Below, piece after piece: positions 60,011 to 64,000 of a stretch of DNA of 64,000 nucleotides. The translations under genes were made by a program, and so were the position numbers. The notes beneath the pieces are model-generated. The model ran no database searches. It was not told where the DNA came from and saw only the letters and a list, made by a program, of their open reading frames with translations. The stretch is taken from contig CM068755.1 in the NCBI GenBank assembly GCA_035084275.1, forward strand, positions 11,656,001-11,720,000. Direction: 5' to 3'. Each line of letters starts with the position of its first letter. Within the stretch, counting starts at the first letter, position 1. Origin of the DNA: Hydrolagus colliei. Lineage: Eukaryota.

Positions 60011-60539
60011 AAACTTCATCCACCGCTCACATCAGCTTATGAGTATGTAATAATTTTGGATTATTAGTGCAAAATTATTGCTGTCATGTGTTAAGGGCTT
60101 ACAAGTGATGTATTCGGTATTTTACTAGACTCTTTAAGTGTTTGTTTCAAGTAACTGCTTTGTATCTAATGCATAACCCAAATCCTATCTTTTTCCCTTG
60201 GTGCTTAGAAAAAGGGGCGTACGATAAATAATAATTGTGGGGAAATAAAAGTAGTCTGTCATTCATTTTAAGAATAGGCTATGCTATCTTGTGACGCAAT
60301 TGTATCAAGTGCATTGGGTTGCTCTTTTCATTTGCTTACCATATTTGTTCCTTGCCCTTTCCTTATTGCTCTGACTTGCTCATTTACACCAATTCCTTTG
60401 TTATTATTTATATACAGTTTGTTTCCTCTTCCTTACTACATCATCCAAGTCACTGCCCTTGAAGTTTAAGCAGTGTATTGAAGCAACATTGTTCAATGAG
60501 AAATTTTGTTCATTTCCCTTTTAATATTTTGTATCGATG

Positions 60540-60608
60540 CATATTACAGTAAATCTTGTGAAGCACTTTGAGGTGCTGATAAAGAACTATATCAAGTGCA
60601 AGGATTTT
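60540..60608 (+). mobile_element. Degenerate SINE tail
   Basis: tgtgaagcactttgaggtgctgataaagaactatatcaagtgcaaggatt. Confidence 0.7.
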
Positions 60609-63600
60609 GTCAATATTTCACTCATCATGCAATTGCAATTGTGCTCTGTTCATCATGTAATTACAGTATACAACCTTGAATAAATACACTTGAGGTACTT
60701 TACACCACTCCTACCTTGACTGTTTGACTGTTTAGATCAGAAAAGGCAGGCAGTGCATTAACTGAGTCTGCAGTAATGTAATACGCTCAGCATTCGTAAC
60801 AGCAAAAAAAATGTTTAAAACCCAGTGACCTAGATAAGCGAGCACAGTTCTGTGACCAAAGGAAAAGTGCTGTCTTGAGAAAATGCAGAATATTTAAGAG
60901 TTTTATGCTCAAACTAATTGATTTTTATCATTCTTTCTCCACCCTTTAAAATGTAACTCTTTCAAAATGGATAGTTCCACGTACCGTACAGCGAACCTTT
61001 AACTTTAATGAAATGTAACATTTTGTCACCAGATGTGAAAGTACCAGATGTATTTGGTCTCCAATACACGGGAGACCAAGATTTTAGTTTGTTTTAAATT
61101 CATTTTCTTCCCCTTGTGAACAGTGCAAGATGACCCATTAATGTGCAGAGAATATCTCAAGCTGTTTGGTCTTTAAGGAAACAAGCCTCCTGTGGCATTT
61201 CAGTTTCCTATGTATATAACTGAGTGCGGCTAGGAATCATCTATCACAGTCGTGTTCAGTAGACGGTACTGGACTTTGGAACTTACAGAAGTTATCACTC
61301 ACTGGTACTGAGCATGAAAAAAAGATTACATATAATATCTTATAATGTCTTCGTATTTTTATACCAGGACTTTGGAATGTTCCACCATATATCCTTATGA
61401 AATGGGCAGTTTCAGTTCTTATTTACAGAAACGGGTTCAGTCTGAATTTATCAGAAGGAGCTGGTCAGATACAAGGAATCTTACTTGGTTGTAAATCACA
61501 CTGTAAAGATTGCAAATGGCCTGACATTCAGTGGAAAACATACCCCCTCCCCTCCCCACGTAACAAACTTGTGTAAACTTTCTGTTCTTTTCTTTACAAT
61601 TAAAAATTACCGTGACGTAAATCTCTGTCCAAGTCAGGACAAATGCTTGTCTCACATCTCCTTGTATAGGCCACTTATGACGTACACTTACAGTAATTTA
61701 ACTTGACCTGCATCTAATTTCTCCTCACTCCCTTTGGGGAAATGCCTAACTTCAATTTAGCCCATCCCTAGATAGTCCTGTAGTTTGGGGCACTCGTTGG
61801 TTAAGGTAATTTGGGGTTTGCAAAATTGCAAACTGCAAAATTGCGTCTGATGAGCAATTTCAGGGTATTATGTTTGAAAGTGTGGAGAAAATGCTTGCAG
61901 GCAGTCTTCCTTCAATAATATATAACTGGGTGCTTTAGCATTCCTTTTAAGATGACAGCAGGTGACTGTAAGGTGATATTGGTGAGCTCGTTTTTCCCTG
62001 AGGTGAAACATGCAGCATCTCTGTAAAGAGTTGTGACCAACACGGAGAGACACTGAAACAGGCTTTATTCTCTTCTTGTGTTTCGTTGGCAGGACTGCTC
62101 TCAAATCATACCGCCTAATTATTGTCACATATGACTGGTCACATTCCTGAGAAATGACACAAGATTTACTGGGCTAGCAGAGTAGGTCGGACATAACTAT
62201 ATTTATTTTTATGTACTGAAATGAAAACGCATCAATTTTCTTTTACAGTCATTCAGAATGTAACAGACCAGCTGGATTCCTGGTGCCGAAAGTGCCAAAT
62301 GTTTGCAACAAAATTGTGGAATTCTTTAGTACTTGATGATTGAATTATTTCTGCCAATGACATTTTTCTTTTAACATTGTAAAAAGCAAATTGTTGAGCA
62401 AGTGGGCATAATGATGTTTAAGGAACCCATCTGCGATGATGGTTTTGAATCCCAATGAAGATTTTCCTCCACTGTCTCGCCTTTCTCTCCTCTTCTCCAA
62501 TGTTGACTATTCCCTAATCATATTGGGGTATGACTTCATAGGTGCCAAGAGCTCCAGAGAACTTCAACTGTTCTGCTGTGGAGCCTGATTATTAAAAAAT
62601 CTATTCAGCTGTGGAAAGCTTTACATCTGAGTCCAATCCTCTTCTCATTGAACGTCCATGCATGCTCACACTCCAGCTTGATCCAATGGGTCGCTGTCAG
62701 GAGTCAGAACCCAAGCTGTTTTTTTTCATATCATTTCCCCTTAATTGACCTCCCCCATGAGATCAATAAACTCAGTACAGAGCGGCAGCTGGAACTAGAA
62801 CGCAATCTATATTGCCTATCGTGTGCTGCAGATATTTCCTTTACCCATTGAGCAATTAAAATAACCTGCTTAGAACTTGCTGTGTTGAGTTTTATTTGCT
62901 TTCAGCAGAATTACTATCAAGGCCATAGAAAGGCTTGCCTTTGTGGGAGATGAGAATACCTTTTGAGATTGACTTAAAAGATGGACATTTGATAGTAAGC
63001 AAACCTATGCTTAGTTTGGGATGTAACTCATTCAAAATTGTAGTCTTAGTGAATTCAAGTGTTTCCTGGTACGCAGGCACGCAGACCAAATCATTATATG
63101 TTGGGATCATTGTCTATGACAAATGAATAGAACTCAGCCAGGCCAAAGCAAATATGCCAGCTTTAATTTTCATACTCTCCATATACATTACTATGGACTG
63201 AGAAAATCCCAAGATTCCCATTCCTGATTGCTACCTGCTGATGCCTGTTGGAAAGTATGTATGTATATGCCTCGTGAAGGCTTCTAGTAATGATGCCCCA
63301 CAGTCAATTAACTAATCATTGTCTCATATCTCATGCATAATACCATCTTAGGTGACGTTTGGGCGAATATTTGTCCTCTATCGAATTATACCTCAGTACG
63401 AGTTGCTGCTGGGATGGGGGGTGGTTAACAAAAATTGCATTCAATGGGATACTGACATGTTTCTACATATGATATTGTGTTATGCTGAGAATCACATAGT
63501 ATGAATAAAACTGTGAAATAAAGAAGGAGGCTGAGTGTAATGATGTAATGTCACAGAAAATTATGATTATTGTTGTGGCATGAAGCTGGGGACCATTTCT

Positions 63601-64000
63601 GAGTTGTTTAGAACTCCTGCTTGTTCGTCACACTGTCTGGTTGCTAAGGGAACATTTGTTTGGTGTGCAATTTTCTTAGTTGTGTGGGTGAAAGGAAAAA
63701 ATTTAATACATTGCAAATGTGACCAAATCTGTGAAAATTGAATAACACAGCTATGGTACTAATGAGATGTAAATTGGTTTGTTGGATTTCTGTCAATATT
63801 GCAACTTGTAAACCATAATCTGTAGTGATATGTACATAAGTTATGATTTTTCTACAGATTAGTTGCCTGTCTACAGTAGTTGGAAAACTTATATTTCTAC
63901 CTCAGTTAATCCTTGACAGAAGAAGGAAAAAGAAGCAGGAAAATGACATTGTGTAACATTACCAGTTTGGCTTGTACACAGCATAAGTGAAAACAATTTT

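Noticed and set aside
61044-61069. 9-bp inverted repeat ttggtctcc..ggagaccaa
   Set aside because: Short and isolated; no target duplication or family context.
61428-62283. Candidate exon 2 of the + strand gene (acceptors near 61427 and 62247)
   Set aside because: The phase-0 readings hit stops or lack a good donor.
62400-63100. Possible old minus-strand CR1 relic
   Set aside because: Too degenerate to support from inspection alone.
1-64000. ORF-track entries as standalone protein genes
   Set aside because: All are 60-144 aa, mostly with non-ATG starts. Many are simply SINE or L2 translations (recurring KDYYYY and VKHFE peptides).
1-64000. CRISPR array or other prokaryotic defence system
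   Set aside because: No regularly spaced repeats. The recurring ~100-bp sequences are dispersed SINE/LINE tails in vertebrate DNA.

Overview
AT-rich, repeat-rich vertebrate genomic DNA. It is most likely from a cartilaginous fish (a holocephalan such as the elephant shark), judged from its repeats: an abundant tRNA-Ala-headed Deu-domain SINE with an L2-type (TTA)n tail, L2 and CR1 LINE 3' fragments, ancient SacSINE1-like and LF-SINE-like relics, a Tigger-type MITE and a decayed Tc1/mariner transposase. There is no prokaryotic feature and no long intact ORF; the ORF track is mostly noise. A CpG- and microsatellite-rich promoter at about 39.7-42 kb carries a + strand first exon (CGGAAG ATG GCG GCG|gtaagt, coding only Met-Ala-Ala). 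Its first intron appears to run to the end of the window, so the gene cannot be named. The same promoter has a divergent minus-strand splice donor. The most notable hypothesis is a chain of minus-strand exon-like segments at 0.3-7.1 kb. They are partly phase-compatible, contain in-frame stops, and translate to armadillo-type repeats that resemble, in colinear order, the N-terminal ARM region of LRRK2. This is a possible decayed LRRK2-like paralog running off the left edge. The similarity was judged by eye against a remembered sequence and needs a profile search.
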